A stretch of DNA of 64,000 nucleotides from the NCBI RefSeq assembly GCF_044704955.1, contig NC_091995.1:26536001-26600000 (forward strand), written 5' to 3'. Shown piece by piece: positions 49,860-63,352 of the stretch (position 1 is the stretch's first letter; each line of letters begins with the position of its first letter). Both the position numbers and the translations under genes were made by a program. Source of the stretch: Pristiophorus japonicus (lineage: Eukaryota). The notes under the pieces were generated by a model that was given only the letters and a program-made list of their open reading frames with translations, ran no database searches and was not told where the DNA came from.

Positions 49860-50870
49860 ATCTGCCACCAAATTGGATAACCTCACACTTATCCACATTA
49901 TACTGCATTTGCCCACTCACCTAACCTGTCCACCCTGCAGCCTCTTAGCATCCTCCTCACAGTTCACACTGCCACCCAGCTTAGTGTCATCTGCAAACTT
50001 GGAGATATTACATTTAATTTCTTCATCTAAATCACTAATATATATTTAAATAGCTGGGGTCCCAGCACTGAACCCCACTAGTCACTGCCTGCCATTCTGA
50101 AAAGGACCGGCTTATTCCCATTCTTTGCTTCCTGTCTGCCAACCAGTTCTCTATCCACACCAATACATTACCCCCAAATCCCATGTTCCTTAATTTTGCA
50201 CACTAATCTCTCGTGTGAGACCTTGTCAAAAGCTTTTTGAAAATCCAAATACACCACATCCACTGGTTCTCCCTTATCCACTCTACCAGTTACATCCTCA
50301 AAAATTCTAGAAGATTTGTCAAGCAGGATTTCCCTTTCATAAATCCATGCCGATTGGACCAATCCTGTCACTACTTTCCAAATGCGCTGCTATTACATCT
50401 TTAATAATTGATCACAGGCTAACCGGTCTAGAATATCCAGTTTTCTCTCTTGCTCCTTTTTTTAAAAGTGGTGTTACATTAGCTACCCTCTAATCCATAG
50501 GAATTGATCCTGAATCCATGGAATGTTGGAAAATTACCACCAATGCATCTACTATTTCTAGAGCCACTTCCTTAAGTACTCTGGGATGCAGACTATCAGG
50601 TCCTGGGGATTTATTGGCCTTCAATCCCATCAATTTCCCGAACACCATTTCCTGACTAATAAGGATTCCCCTCAGTTCCCTCCTCAATAGAATTCCAGAA
50701 TTCCAAAAATTCACAACCCTCTTAGTGAAGAAATTCCAACTCAGCTCAGTCTTAAATGGCCGACCACTTATCCTGAGACTGTTTCCCCTAGTTCTACAAT
50801 TTCCACGCAGGGTAAACAACCTCTCAGCATCTCGATGTTGAGTCCATAAAGCTGTAATGTGCGTAAATGA
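49860..50870 (-). mobile_element. CR1 LINE fragments
   Basis: KSPGPDSLHPRVLKE and YLDFQKAFDKV on the - strand. Confidence 0.85.
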
Positions 50871-50879
50871 AAGATGAGG

Positions 50880-53540
50880 TGCTTGGATGATGTGGAATCT
50901 ATATGGGTAGAGCTGCAAAATACCAAAGGGCAAAAAACATTAGTGGGCGTTGTGTACAGACCTCCAAACAGTAGTAGTGATGTTGGGGAGGGCATCAAAC
51001 AGGAAATTAAGGGTGCATGCAATAAAGGTGCAGCAGTTATCATGGGTGACTTTAATATGCATATAGATTGGGCTAACCAAACTGGAAGCAATACGGTGGA
51101 GGAGGATTTCCTGGAGTGCATAAGGGATGGTTTTCTAGACCAATATGTCGAGAAGCCAACTAGGGGGGAGGCCATCTTAGACTGGGTGTTGTGTAATGAG
51201 AGAGGATTAATTAGCAATCTCGTTGTGCGAGGCACCTTGGGGAAGAGTGACCATAATATGGTGGAATTCTACATTGGGATGGAGAATGAAACAGTTAATT
51301 CAGAGACCATGGTCCAGAACTTAAAGAAGGCTAACTTTGAAGGTATGAGGCATGAATTGGCTAGGAGAGATTGGCGAATGATACTGAAGGGGTTGACAGT
51401 GGATGGGCAATGGCAGACATTTAGAGACCGCATGGATTAACTACAACAATTGTACATCTCTGTTTGGCGTAAAAATAAAAAAGAGAAAGTGGCTCAACCA
51501 TGGCTATTAAGGGAAATCAGGGATAGTATTAAAGCCAAGGAAGTGGCATACAAATTGGCCAGAAATAGCAGTGAACCCGGGGACTGGGAGAAATTTAGAA
51601 CTCAGCAGAGGAGGACAAAGGGTTTGATTAGGGCAGGGAAAATAGAGTACGAGAGGAAGCTTGCAGGGAACATTAAGACAGACTGCAAAAGCTTCTATAG
51701 ATATGTAAAGAGAAAAAGGTTAGTAAAGACAAATGTAGGTCCCCTGCAGTCAGAATCAGGGGAAGTCATAACGGGGAACAAAGAAATGGCAGACCAATTG
51801 AACAAGTACTTTGGTTCGGTATTCACTAAGGAGGACACTAACAACCTTCCGGATATAAAAGGGGTCAGAGGGTCGAGTAAGAAGGAGGAACTGAGGGAAA
51901 TGCTTATTAGTCAGGAAATTGGGGAAATAGATGGGATTGAAGGCTGATAAAGCCCCAGGGCCTGATGTACTGCATCCCAGAGTACTTAAGGAGGTGACCT
52001 TGGAAATAGCGGATACATTGACAGTCATTTTCCAACATTCCATAGACTCTGGATCAGTTCCTATGGAGTGGAAGGTAGCCAACGTAACCCCACTTTTTAA
52101 AAAAGAAGGGAGAGAGAAAACAGGGAATTATAGACCGGTCGGCCTGACATCGGTAGTGGGTAAAATGATGGAATCAATTATTAAGGATGTCATAGCAGTG
52201 TATTTGGAAAGAGGTGACATGATAGGTCCAAGTCAGCATGGATTTGTGAAAGGGAAATCATGCTTGACAAATCTTCTGGAATTTTTTGAGGATGTTTCCA
52301 GTAGAGTGGACAAGGGAGAACCAGTTGATGTGGTGTATTTGGACTTTCAGAAGGCTTTCGACAAGGTCCCACTTAAGAGATTAATGTGCAAAGTTAAAGC
52401 ACATGGGATTGGGGGTAGTGTGCTGACGTGGATTGAGAACTGGTTGGCAGACAGGAAGCAAAGGGTAGGAGTAAATGGGTACTTTTCAGAATGGCAGGCA
52501 GTGACTAATGGGGTACCGCAAGGTTCTGTGCTGGGGCCCCAGCTGTTTACATTGTACATTAATGATTTAGACGAGGGGATTAAATGTAGTATCTCCAAAT
52601 TTGCGGATGACACTAAGTTGGGTGGCAGTGTGAGCTGTGAGGAGGATGCTATGAGGCTGCAGAGTGACTTGGATAGGTTAGGTGAGTGGGCATTTGCATG
52701 GCAGATGAAGTATAATGTGGATAAATGTGAAGTTATCCACTTTGGTGGTAAAAACAGAGAGACAGACTATTATCTGAATGGTGACAGATTAGGAAAAGGG
52801 AAGGTGCAACGAGACCTGGGTGTCATGGTATATCAGTCATTGAAGGTTGGCATGCAGATACAGCAGGCGGTTAAGAAAGCAAATGGCATGTTGGCCTTCA
52901 TAGCGAGGGGATTTGAGTACAGGGGCAGGGAGGTGTTACTACAGTTGTACAGGGCCTTGGTGAGGCCACACCTGGAGTATTGTACAGTTTTGGTCTCCTA
53001 ACTTGAGGAAGGACATTCTTGCTATTGAGTGAGTGCAGCGAAGGTTCACCAGACTGATTCCCGGGTTGGCGGGACTGACATATCAAGAAAGACTGGATCA
53101 ACTGGGCTTGTATTCACTGGAGTTCAGAAGAATGAGAGGGGATCTCATAGAAACGTTTAAAATTCTGACGGGGTTTAGACAGGTTAGATGCAGGAAGAAT
53201 GTTCCCAATGTTGGGGAAGTCCAGAACCAGGGGTCACAGTCTAAGGATAAGGGGTAAGCCATTTAGGACCGAGATGAGGAGAAACTTCTTCACCCAGAGA
53301 GTGGTGAACCTGTGGAATTCTCTACCACAGAAATTTGTTGAGGCCAATTCACTAAATATATTCAAAAAGGAGTTAGATGTAGTCCTTACTACTAGGTGGA
53401 TCAAGGTGTATGGCGAGAAAGCAGGAATGGGGTATTGATGTTGCATGTTCAGCCATGAACTCATTGAATGGTGGTGCAGGCTCAAAGGACCGAATTGCCT
53501 ACTCCTGCACCTATTTTCTATGTTTCTATGTTTCTATGTT
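50880..53540 (+). mobile_element. CR1 LINE, most of ORF2
   Basis: GVVYRPP..GDFN (EN), GVPQGSVLGP and FADDTK (RT), (TTTCTATG)n tail. Confidence 0.95.
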
Positions 53541-53544
53541 TTCT

Positions 53545-54250
53545 CAAGCTTTCGTTGAGCTTCGTTGGAACAATGCAAGAGACCAAGAATGACGAGATCA
53601 GGGTGGGAGTGGAGCGGGAAATTAAAGTGACAGGTGACCGGAAGCTCGGGGTCACACTTATGGACTAAATGGAGGTATACCGCAAAGCGATCACCTAATC
53701 TGTGTTTGGTCTCTCCAATGTAGAGGGGACCTTATCATGAACAGCGAATACAGTATACTCATTTGCAAGAAGTACAAGTAATTCCCTGTTTGGGTCCTGG
53801 ACAGTGGGAAGGGAAGAGGTAAAATGGCAGGTGTTGCATTTCCTGCGCTTGCACGGGAATGTGTCGTGGGAAGGGGAGGGGGTGTTGGGGTTGATTGAGG
53901 AGTAGATTAAGTTGTTACAGAATGAGCGGTCCCTTCAGAATGCTGAAAGGGGAGGGGAGGGGAAGCTGTGTTTGGTGGTGGTATCACGCTGGAGGTGACG
54001 GAAATGGCAGAGGATGATCCATTGAATGTGGAGGCTGGTGCGATGAAAGGTGAGGACAAGGGAAACCCTTGTCATGGTTCTGAGAGGGAGGGGAGGGGGT
54101 GAGAGCAGAACTGCAGGAAATAGAATAAACACAGTCGAGGGCCATGTCAACATGGTAGAGGAGAATCCTCGGTTGAGGAAAAAAGACCTATTGGAAGCAC
54201 TAGCCTGGAAGATGACATCGTCAGCACAGAGGCGATGGAGATGGAGATCA
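53545..54250 (-). mobile_element. Penelope-like element fragment (GIY-YIG endonuclease)
   Basis: LVLTFHRTSLHIQWIILCHFRHL..FPSPPLSAF, followed by VYCIRCS..LYIGETKHRLG on the - strand. Confidence 0.75.
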
Positions 54251-54319
54251 ACATTTAATTGTTTCTCACCATTTTAAAAATAGTTATTAAAAATATTTTT
54301 AAAAATATTCTGTTTTTCT

Positions 54320-54690
54320 ATTCATCCTACCAAAGTAAATAACCTCTGATTTCCCACATTATACTCCATCTGCCACCTTGTCCACTCACCTAACCTGTCT
54401 ATATCCTTTTGCAGGCTCTTTGTGTCCTCCTTACAGCTTACGTTCCCACTTAGTTTTGTATCGGCAGCAATCTTGGATACATTACACTCAGTCCCTTCAT
54501 CTAAAACATTAATATAGATTGTAAATAGCCAAAAATATTACCTGCACTGGTTCCCCTTTATGTACCCTGCTAGTTATATCCTCAAAAAACTCTAATAAAT
54601 TTGTTAAACATGATTTCCCTTTCATAAAACCATGTTGACTCTGCCTAATCAGATTATGATTTTGTAAGTGCCCTGTTACCACTTCCTTAA
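54320..54690 (-). mobile_element. CR1 LINE RT fragments
   Basis: SQHGFMKGKSCLTNLLEFFED. Confidence 0.8.
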
Positions 54691-55414
54691 TATATATGAA
54701 TATGTGGGGTGGGGAATGTGTAAGGAAAACTTTAAAGGGACAGCTTAATTTGCACACTGATGGCGATGTTATTGTGAACCTCGTTAATTTTCACGTTACA
54801 TCTATTTTAACCAGTTTAAATTAAAACCTCAGATTAAACACGCAAACCTTATTGAAAAGGAGTTGTGTGGAGAGATGCTGTATCTTTTGTAAAAGGGACT
54901 CGGCCAAGTAGTAAATGTGGCAGATAACATAAATCTGAAATGTTAATGAGTGGATTAAAGGTACTAAAAATATTAACCGTATGTCGGGGATAATTGTTTT
55001 CCTTGAAAGACTTGCATTGATGAATTCATGCTGACGATAGTTACTGTCCGGATAGATGTTTTTTCGTCCATTGGTGAATATTTAGATATTTAATGATTTT
55101 ACAGGTGGTAGAGTTCATGGGTTTATCAAAGCAGCCTTGGCGAGTTGCTGCAGTGCATGCTGTGAGTGTGAATAGCATCAGCCGTTAAAAAGAGCACAGG
55201 TAAAAACACCGAACAAGTGGGGTTACGGGTAGGGCAGTGCATTCTGCACAGGTAGCTATACACTTGTAGCTTGAACTTATAGATTGAGACACAATGTGGC
55301 CACTATTAGGGCAGGGTTCTGAAGCAATGGAGGTGAGCAAACTGGGGGAGACAGGGAAAGGATGAGTCAGAGAGTGAATACTGAATCTCTCTGACTTGCG
55401 ATGTTCTCTTTCGA

Positions 55415-55708
55415 ATGAGATGTTAAACCGGGGCCCCGTCTCAGGTGGACGTAAAAGATCCCATAGCACTATTTAACAGAAGAGCAGGGGAGTTCTCCTT
55501 AATATCCAAGCCAATATTTTCCCTCAACAAGCAGCTAAACCAAGTTATCTGGTAATTATATCATTGCTGTTGTGGGAGCTTGCTGAGGGCAATTTGGTGG
55601 CTGGATTTCCTACATTACAACAGTGACGACAATTCAAAAGTCCTGCATTGGCTGTAAAGCACTTTGGCACATCCTGAAGTCATGAAAAGTGCTGTATAAA
55701 TGCAAGTT
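55415..55708 (+). mobile_element. Deu-domain SINE
   Basis: 'gatgttaaaccgggccccgtctcaggtggacgtaaaagatccca' through 'tataaatgcaagt'. Confidence 0.8.
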
Positions 55709-55756
55709 GGTGCGTTTGTTCATTGTGAAAACCCCTCTATTTGTGTCTTTCTCCAG

Positions 55757-56026
55757 ATCCACTCTCCAAACCCTTGATCTCCAGTAACTGCAGCCTCGAG
55801 AACCACACAGTTGTGCTGAGCTGTGAGGTGCAGAGAGGGAGAGCCAGTTCCATTCTGTGGACCAGAGGAGGGGTCATGCTCCCAGCCGACCAACGCTATT
55901 GGCTGTTGGACGGCAACACCACTTTAATCATTAAGAATGCACAGAAATTGGACTCTGACACTTACACCTGCACTGTGACAAACCCAGTCAGTCGAACCAA
56001 CAACACCTACCATCTAATCATCACGG
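55757..56026 (+). CDS. IgSF copy C, Ig C2-type exon
   Basis: 270 nt, 'tgtctttctccag|AT' and 'ACGG|gtaagt'. C-W-C, DSDTYTC, NPVS; N-glycosylation sequons NCS, NHT, NTT, NNT. Confidence 0.88.
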
Positions 56027-56356
56027 GTAAGTCTGTCAGGGTTACATAGAATTACATAGAGTCTACAGCCATTCAAACAGCCACAGAAACAAGCCATTCA
56101 GCTGGCATGTATGCTTCACAGGAGCCTTCTCTGCCCCTTTTCATCTAACCCTATCAGCAAATATTTCTATTCCTTTATCCCCTTAAAGACATCAACACTA
56201 TTTGCCTCAACAACTCCATGTGGTCGTGAGTTTCACGTTCAAACCATTCTCTGGGTAAAGAAGTTTCTCCTGAATCGCTATTGAATTTATTGGTGACTAC
56301 CTTATATTTATGGCCTGTAGTTTTGGTCTCATTGCAAGGGGAAACATTTTCTCAAC

Positions 56357-59300
56357 ACATCATCATCATCATCATCATAGGCAGTCCCTCGGAATCGATG
56401 AACACTTGCTTCCACTCCTGAAGTGAGTTCTTTGGTGGCTGAACAGTCCAAAAGAAGAGCCACAGACTCTGTCACAGGTGGGACACATAGTCGTTGAGGG
56501 GAAGGGGTGGGTGGGATTGGTTTGCCGCATGCTCTTTCCACTGCCTGTGCTTCATTTCTGCATGCTCTCGGCATTGAGACTCGAGGTGCTCAGCGCCCTC
56601 TTGGATGCACATCCTGCACTTGGGACTGTCTTGGGCCAGGGACTCTCAGACGTCAGTGGGGATGTCCACTTTATCATGGAGGCTTTGAGGGTGTCCTTGT
56701 AGTGTTTCTTCTGCCCACCTTTGGCTCGTTTGCCATGAAGGAGCTCCGATTAGAACACTTGTTTTGGGAGTCTCGTGTCTGGCATGCGAACTATGTGCCC
56801 TGCCCAGCGGAGCTGATCGAGTGTGGTCAGTGCTTCAGTGCTGGGGATGTTAACCTGAATGAGGACGCTGATGTTGGTACACCTATCTTCTCAGGGGATT
56901 TGTAGGATCCTGCGGAGACATCGTTGGTAATATTTCTCCAGCAACTTGAGGTGTTTACTGTACATGGTCCATGTCTCTGAGCCATACAGGAGGGCAGGTA
57001 TTCCTACAGCCCGGTAGCCCATGAGCTTGGTGGCAGTTTTGAGGGCCTGGTCTTCAAACACTCTTTTCCTCAGGCGGTGTTGGATCTCCTCGATGATGCC
57101 TGCTCTTGTTGATAGAAGGCTCCCGAGATATGGGAAGTGGTCCATGGTGTCCAGGGCCGCGCCATGGATCTTGATGACTGGGGGGGCAGTGCTGTGCGGT
57201 GAGGACAGGCTGGTGGAGGACCTTTGTCTTACAATGTTTAGCGTAAGGCCCAAGCTTTTGTATGCCTCAGTAAATACATCGACTATGTCCTGGAGTTCAT
57301 AAGGACATAAGAACATAATAATTAGGAACAGGAGTAGGCATTCTAGCCCCTCGAGCCTGCTCCGCCATTCAATAAGATCATGGCTGATCTGGCCGTGGAC
57401 TCAGCTCCACTTACCCGCCCGCTCCCCGTAACCCTTAATTCCCTTATTGGTTAAAAATCTATCTATTTGTGATTTGAATACATTCAATGAGCTAGCCTCA
57501 ACTGCTTCCTTGGGCAGAGAATTCCACAGATTCACAACCCTCTGAGAGAAGAAATTCCTTCTCAACTCAGTTTTAAATTAGCTCCCCCGTATTTTGAGGT
57601 TGTGCCCCCTAGTTCTAGTCTCCCCGACCAGTGGAAATAACCTCTCTGCCTCTATCTTGTCTATCCCTTTCATTATTTAAAATGTTTCTATAAGATCACC
57701 CCTCATCCTTCTGAACTCCAACGAGTAAAGACCCAGTCTACTCAATCTATCATCATAAGGTAACCCTCTCATCTCCGGAATCAGCCTAGTGAATCGACTA
57801 TGTACCCCCTCCAAAGCTAATATATCCTTCCTTAAGTAAGGTGACCAAAACTGCACGCAGTACTTCAGGTGCGGCCTCACCAATATCCTATACAGTTGCA
57901 GCAGGACCTCCCTGCTTTTGTACTCCATCCCTCTCGCAATGAAGGCCAACATTACATTCGCCTTCCTGATTAACTGCTGCAACTGCAAACTAACTTTTTG
58001 GGATTCATGCACAAGGACCCCCAGGTCCCTCTGCACTGCAGCATGTTGTAATTTCTCCCCATTCAAATAATATTCCCTTTTACTGTTTTTTTTTTCCCAA
58101 GGTGGATGACCTCACACTTTCCGACATTGTATTCCATCTGCCAAACCTTAGCCCATTCGTTTAACCTATCTAAATCTCTTTGCAGCCTCTCTGTGTCCTC
58201 TACACAACCCGCTTTCCCACTAATCTTTGTGTCATCTGCCAATTTTGTTACACTACACTCTGTCCTCTCTTTCAGGTCATCTATGTATATTGTAAACAGT
58301 TGTGGTCCCAGCACCGATCCCTGTGGCACACCACTAACCACCGATTTCCAACCCGAAAAGGACCCATTTATCCCGACTCTCTGCTTTCTGTTAGCTAGCC
58401 AATTCTCTATCCATGCTAATAGATTTCCTCTGACTCCGCGTACCTTTATCTTCTGCAGTAACCTTTTGTGTGGCACCTTATCGAATGCCTTTTGGAAATC
58501 TAAATACACCACATCCATCAGTACACCTCTATCCACCATGCTCGTTATATCTTCAAAGAATTCTAGTAAATTAGTTAAACATGATTTCCCCTTCATGAAT
58601 CCATGTTGCGCCTGCTTGATTGCACTATTCCTAGCTAGATGTCCCGCTATTTCTTCCTTAATGATAGTTTCAAGCATTTTCCCCACTACAGATGTTAAAC
58701 TAATCAGCCTATAGTTACCTGCCTTTTGTCTGCCCGCTTTTTTAAACAGAGGCGTTACATTAGCTGCTTTCCAATCCACTGGTACCTCCCCAGAGTCCAG
58801 AGAATTTTGGTAGATTATAACGAATGCATCTGCTATAACTTCCGCCATCTCTTTTAATACCCTGGGATGCATTTCATCAGGACTAGGGGACTTGTCTACC
58901 TTGAGTCCCATTAGCCTATCCAGCACTACCCCCCTAGTGATAGTGATTATCTCAAGGTCCTCCCTTCCTACATTCCCGTGACCTGCAATTTTTGGCATGG
59001 TTTTTGTGTCTTCCACTGTGAAGACCGAAGCAAAATAATTGTTTAAGGTCTCAGCCATTTCCACATTTCCCATTATTAAATCCCCCTTCTCATCTTCTAA
59101 GGGACCAACATTTACTTTAGTCATTCTTTTCCATTTTATATATCGGTAAAAGCTTTTACTATCTGTTTTAATGTTTTGCGCAAGTTTACTTTCGTAATCT
59201 ATCTTTCCTTCCTTTATTGCTTTCTTAGTCATTCCTTGCTGTCGTTTAAAATTTTTTCAATCTTCTAGTTTCCCACTAACCTTGGCCACCTTATACGCAT

Positions 59301-61880
59301 TGGTTTTTAATTTGATACTCTCCTTTACTTTCTTGGTTATCCACGGCTGGTTATCCCTTCTCTTACCACCCTTCTTTTTCACTGGAATATATTTTTGTTG
59401 AGTACTATGAAAGAGCTCCTTAAAAGTCCTCCACTGTTCCTCAATTGTGCCACCATTTAGTCTGTGTTTCCAGTCTACTTTAGCCAACTCTGCCCTCATC
59501 CCACTGCAGTCCCCTTTGTGGGCATAGTACACTCGTTTGAGACACTACTTCCTCACCCTCAATCTGTATTACAAATTCAACCGTACTGTGATCACTCATT
59601 CCGAGAGGATCTTTGACTAGTCTCTGTATGTGCGCAGACGCAGGCTTCAACCACGTACGGTAGCTCGACGGCAAAGGTTGGGGCGGTCTTGGATCTGGCC
59701 TGGAGGTGGCACAGGTTGAACAGGTTCCCACTGGTTCTGTAGTTTAGTTCCACTCCAGCGGGGAGCTTGTTGACTGTGAGGTGGAGCATGGCGGCGAGGA
59801 AGATTGAGAAGAAGGTTGGGGCGATGACGCAGCCCTGTTTGACCCCAGTCAGATTGGGTCTGTGGTGGATCCATTGATAAGGATCATGGCCTGCCTGTCA
59901 TTGTGGAGCAGGCAGAGGATGGTGACGAACTTTTGGGGGCATCCAAAATGGAGGAGGATGCTCCATAGACCCTTGCGGTTGACAATGTCAAAGGCTTTTA
60001 TAAGGTCGAAGAAGTCCACGTAGAAGGGCTGTAGCTGTCGCGCTGCAAAAATCACGTCCGTTGTGCCCCGTAGGGGACAAAATCCACACTGTGACTCCGG
60101 GAGGAGCTCCTCGGCCACGGGAAGAAGACGGTTGAGTCGGACTCTAGCGACGACTTTCCCAGAGGCTGATAGCAGGGAGCTTCCTCTTTAGTTGCCACAG
60201 TCGGACTTTTCCCCTTTTTGAAAGATGGTCATAATTACTGCATCTCTGAGATCCCCTGGCATGCTCTCCTCCCTCCAGTTGAGAGAGGTGAGATTGTGTA
60301 TTCATGCCAGCAGTGCCTCTCCGCCATACTTCAATGCCTTTGCAGGGATTCCGTCCGCACCCGTAACCTTGTTGTTTTTAAGCTGTCTTTTATGGCTTTT
60401 CTACCTCATGCAGCAATGGGGTCTCACTGAGGTGGTGGCGGGTAGCCTGCTGCAGGATGAAGTCGAGAACACTCGAGTCAAAGGCAGAATCTCGATTGAG
60501 GAGATCTTCGAAGTGCTCCTTCCAGCGGGTCCTGACTGCCTCGGTGTCCTTGTTGAGTGTTTCCCCATTCTTGGTCAGCAGTAGGGTGGGGCCTTGGGTG
60601 TTTGGACCATAGGTGGCCTTGATTGCGATGAAGAATCCTCGTACATCATGGTTGTCGGCCAGCTGTTGTATCTCTTGTGCTTTCTCCATCCACCACCTGT
60701 TCTTTAGGTCCAGGGTTTTTTGTTGGACCTCAGCCTTGAGCGGTCTGTAATGCTGCTTTACTGCTCCCGCGTTGGATTGTTGCTTAAGGCTCAGAAATGC
60801 CCTGCACTTGAGATCCAAGAGCTAATAGATCGTCTGGTCATTCTCATCAAACCAATCCTGGTGTTTCATGGTTGAATAACCGAGCGTCTCTTTGCAGGCA
60901 CTAGTTATGGAGGCCTGGAGGGCAGACCAAGCGCTGTGGGCATTCTGCATCTTGGGGTCGTCAAGGCACACCAGGCTAGCTGTGAGACACTGGCTGTAGA
61001 GCGTTCTCTTAGCTGGGTCCTTAAGCGCTCCGGCATTGACTTTTTTGCGGCACTGTTTCTGCTGCCCCCTCCACTTTGTAACTATGTTTATGTCGATGAT
61101 GGATCAGATTGGGGGGTCCGTCCAGCAGTCATCAGCTCCTGTCATGGTGCGGGTGATGTGCACATCCTTGCGACCCCTGGCTCGGACGATGACATAGTCG
61201 AGCAGGTGCCAGTGCTTGGAGCGAGGGTGTTGCCACGATGCCTTGTATTTGTCCTTCTGGTGGAACAAGGTGTTGGTGTTGCCAAGTTAGTGCTCTAGAC
61301 ATTTTGTCAGGAGTAAGGTACCACTGGAGTTGGCTTTCCCTACCCCCTCTCTGCCAATCACGCCCGCCCGCCCCAGAGGTCTGTGTCCTTGCCAACCCTG
61401 CTGTTGAAGTCACCGAGGAGTATCAGTTTGTCGCCTGCAGGGACGCAGGACAGAGATTTTTCGAGGTTGGAGTAAAAACCTTCTTCGGTCTCATCAGTTG
61501 CATCGACTGTTGGGGCTTACTCACTGATGAATGTGGCGCACTGGTTCCGGAATAGGGTGAGTTGAAGAGTCATGAGGTGTTCGTTAGCCCCGCAGGGGGA
61601 GTCTTTGAGGCAGTCGACCAGCTTGTTTTTGATGGCAAAGCCGACTCCGCAGAGGCGGCAGTCTGCCTCTGGTTTCCCTTTCCAGAAGAAGGTGTAATCT
61701 CCACCTTGTTCATTGAGCTGGCCTTCCCTTGCCCGCCGGGTCTCGCTTAGGGCGGCAACGTCGCTATCAAAGCGCCTAAAATTCCAGGCAACTATGGCGG
61801 TGTGGCATTCTGGCCTGTCGCTGTTGGAGTTGTCCATGAGGGTCCTGACATTCCAGGTCCCGAACTTCATGTTAACGAAC
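56357..61880 (-). mobile_element. RTE LINE from ORF start to tail, interrupted by a CR1
   Basis: MKFGTWNVRTLMD near 61870, (CAT)n tail near 56357, TSD TTCTCAAC (56349-56356 and 61881-61888). Confidence 0.88.
57298..59619 (-). mobile_element. CR1 LINE nested in the RTE (same family as 38695-41477)
   Basis: RT ORF 58063-59232 near-identical to 39523-40974; 'cataagaa' tail. Confidence 0.92.
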
Positions 61881-61989
61881 TTCTCAACTGCGATCCTATC
61901 AAACCGTTTTATAATCTTAAACACCTTTATCAGGTCATCTCTCAGCTTTCACTTTTCTGAAGAAAAAACCCCAGACTATTCAATATTTC

Positions 61990-62893
61990 AGTGTGAGCTG
62001 TGAGGAGGACGCTAAGAGGCTGCAGGAGGACTTGGACAGGTTTAGTGAGTGGGCAAACGCATGGCAGATGCAGTATAATGTGGATAAATGTGAGGTTATC
62101 CATTTTGGGGGCAAAAACACAAAGGCACAATATTATCTGAATGGCGGCAGATTTGGAAAAGGTGAGGTGCAACGAGACCTGGGTGTCATGGTACATCAGT
62201 CATTGAAAGTTGGCATGCAGGTACAGCAGGCGGTGAAGAAGGCAAATGGCATGTTGGCCTTCATAGCTAGGGGATTTGAGTATAGGAGCAGGGAGGTCTT
62301 ACTGCAGTTGTACAGGGCCTTGGTGAGGCCTCACCTGGAATATTGTGTTCAGTTTTGGTCTCCTAATCAGAGGAAAGATGTTCTTGCTATTGAGGGAGTG
62401 CAGCGAAGGTTCACCAGACTGATTCCCGGGATGGCAGGACTGACATATAAGGAGAGATTGGATCGACTGGGCCTGTATTCACTGGAGTTTAGAAGGATGA
62501 GAGGGGATCTCATAGAAATATATAAAACTCTGACGTGACTGGACAGGTTAGATGTAGGAAGAATGTTCCCGATGTTGGGGAAGTCCAGAACCAGGGGACA
62601 TAGTCTAAGGATAAGCGGTAAGCCATTTAGGACTGAGATGAGGAGAAACTTCTTCACTCAGAGAGTTGTTAACCTGTGGAATTCCCTGCTGCAGAGAGTT
62701 GTTGATGCCAATTCATTGGATATATTCAAGAGTGAGTTAGATACGGCCCTTATGGCAAAAGGGATCAAGGGGAATGGAGAGAAAGCAGGAAAGTGGTACT
62801 GAGATGTATGATCAGCCATGATCTTATTGAATGGTGGTGCAGGCTCGAAGGGCCGAATGGCCTACTCCTGCACCTATTTTCTATGTTTCTATG
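61990..62893 (+). mobile_element. CR1 LINE 3' fragment
   Basis: LQEDLDR..RDLGV..RPHLEYC with a (TTTCTATG)n tail. Confidence 0.92.
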
Positions 62894-62999
62894 GTTATAA
62901 CGGCCATTCTCTGGAGGTCCCGCGCAGGCTGCTTATCTGCTTTTGAATGGGTGATTTTGTGCATTCGCTAAATTTTGAATGGACCACGCAGCTTTCAAA

Positions 63000-63352
63000 T
63001 CCTGCGTTCCAATCCCACCACGGCAGCTGGGGAATTTAAATTTAGTTAATTACATTTTAAATCTGTGAAATAAAAAGTTAGTATCAGTAATGGTGACCAT
63101 GGAACTATATCGGATTGTCATAAAAACCCATCTGGTTCACTAATGTCCTTTTAGGGAAGGAAAGTTCCGTCCTTACCTGGTCTGGCCTATATGTGACTCC
63201 AGCAATGTGGTTGACTCTTAACTGCCCCTCTGAAATGGCCTGGCAAGCCACTCAGTTATATAAGGAGGCTCACCACGACCTTCTCAAGGGCGATTCGGGA
63301 TGGGCTACAAAGGCCGGACGTCCACTGACCCCACATCCCATGAACGAATAAA
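63000..63352 (+). mobile_element. SINE of a second family, tail 'cccacatcccatgaacgaataaaa'
   Basis: Same family, in reverse orientation, is split across about 36470-36541, 38615-38694 and 41478-41515. Confidence 0.65.

Noticed and set aside
46019-56026. Assigning a gene symbol (CD2, CD48, HEPACAM, CEACAM)
   Set aside because: Features are shared across these families; orthology needs phylogeny and synteny.
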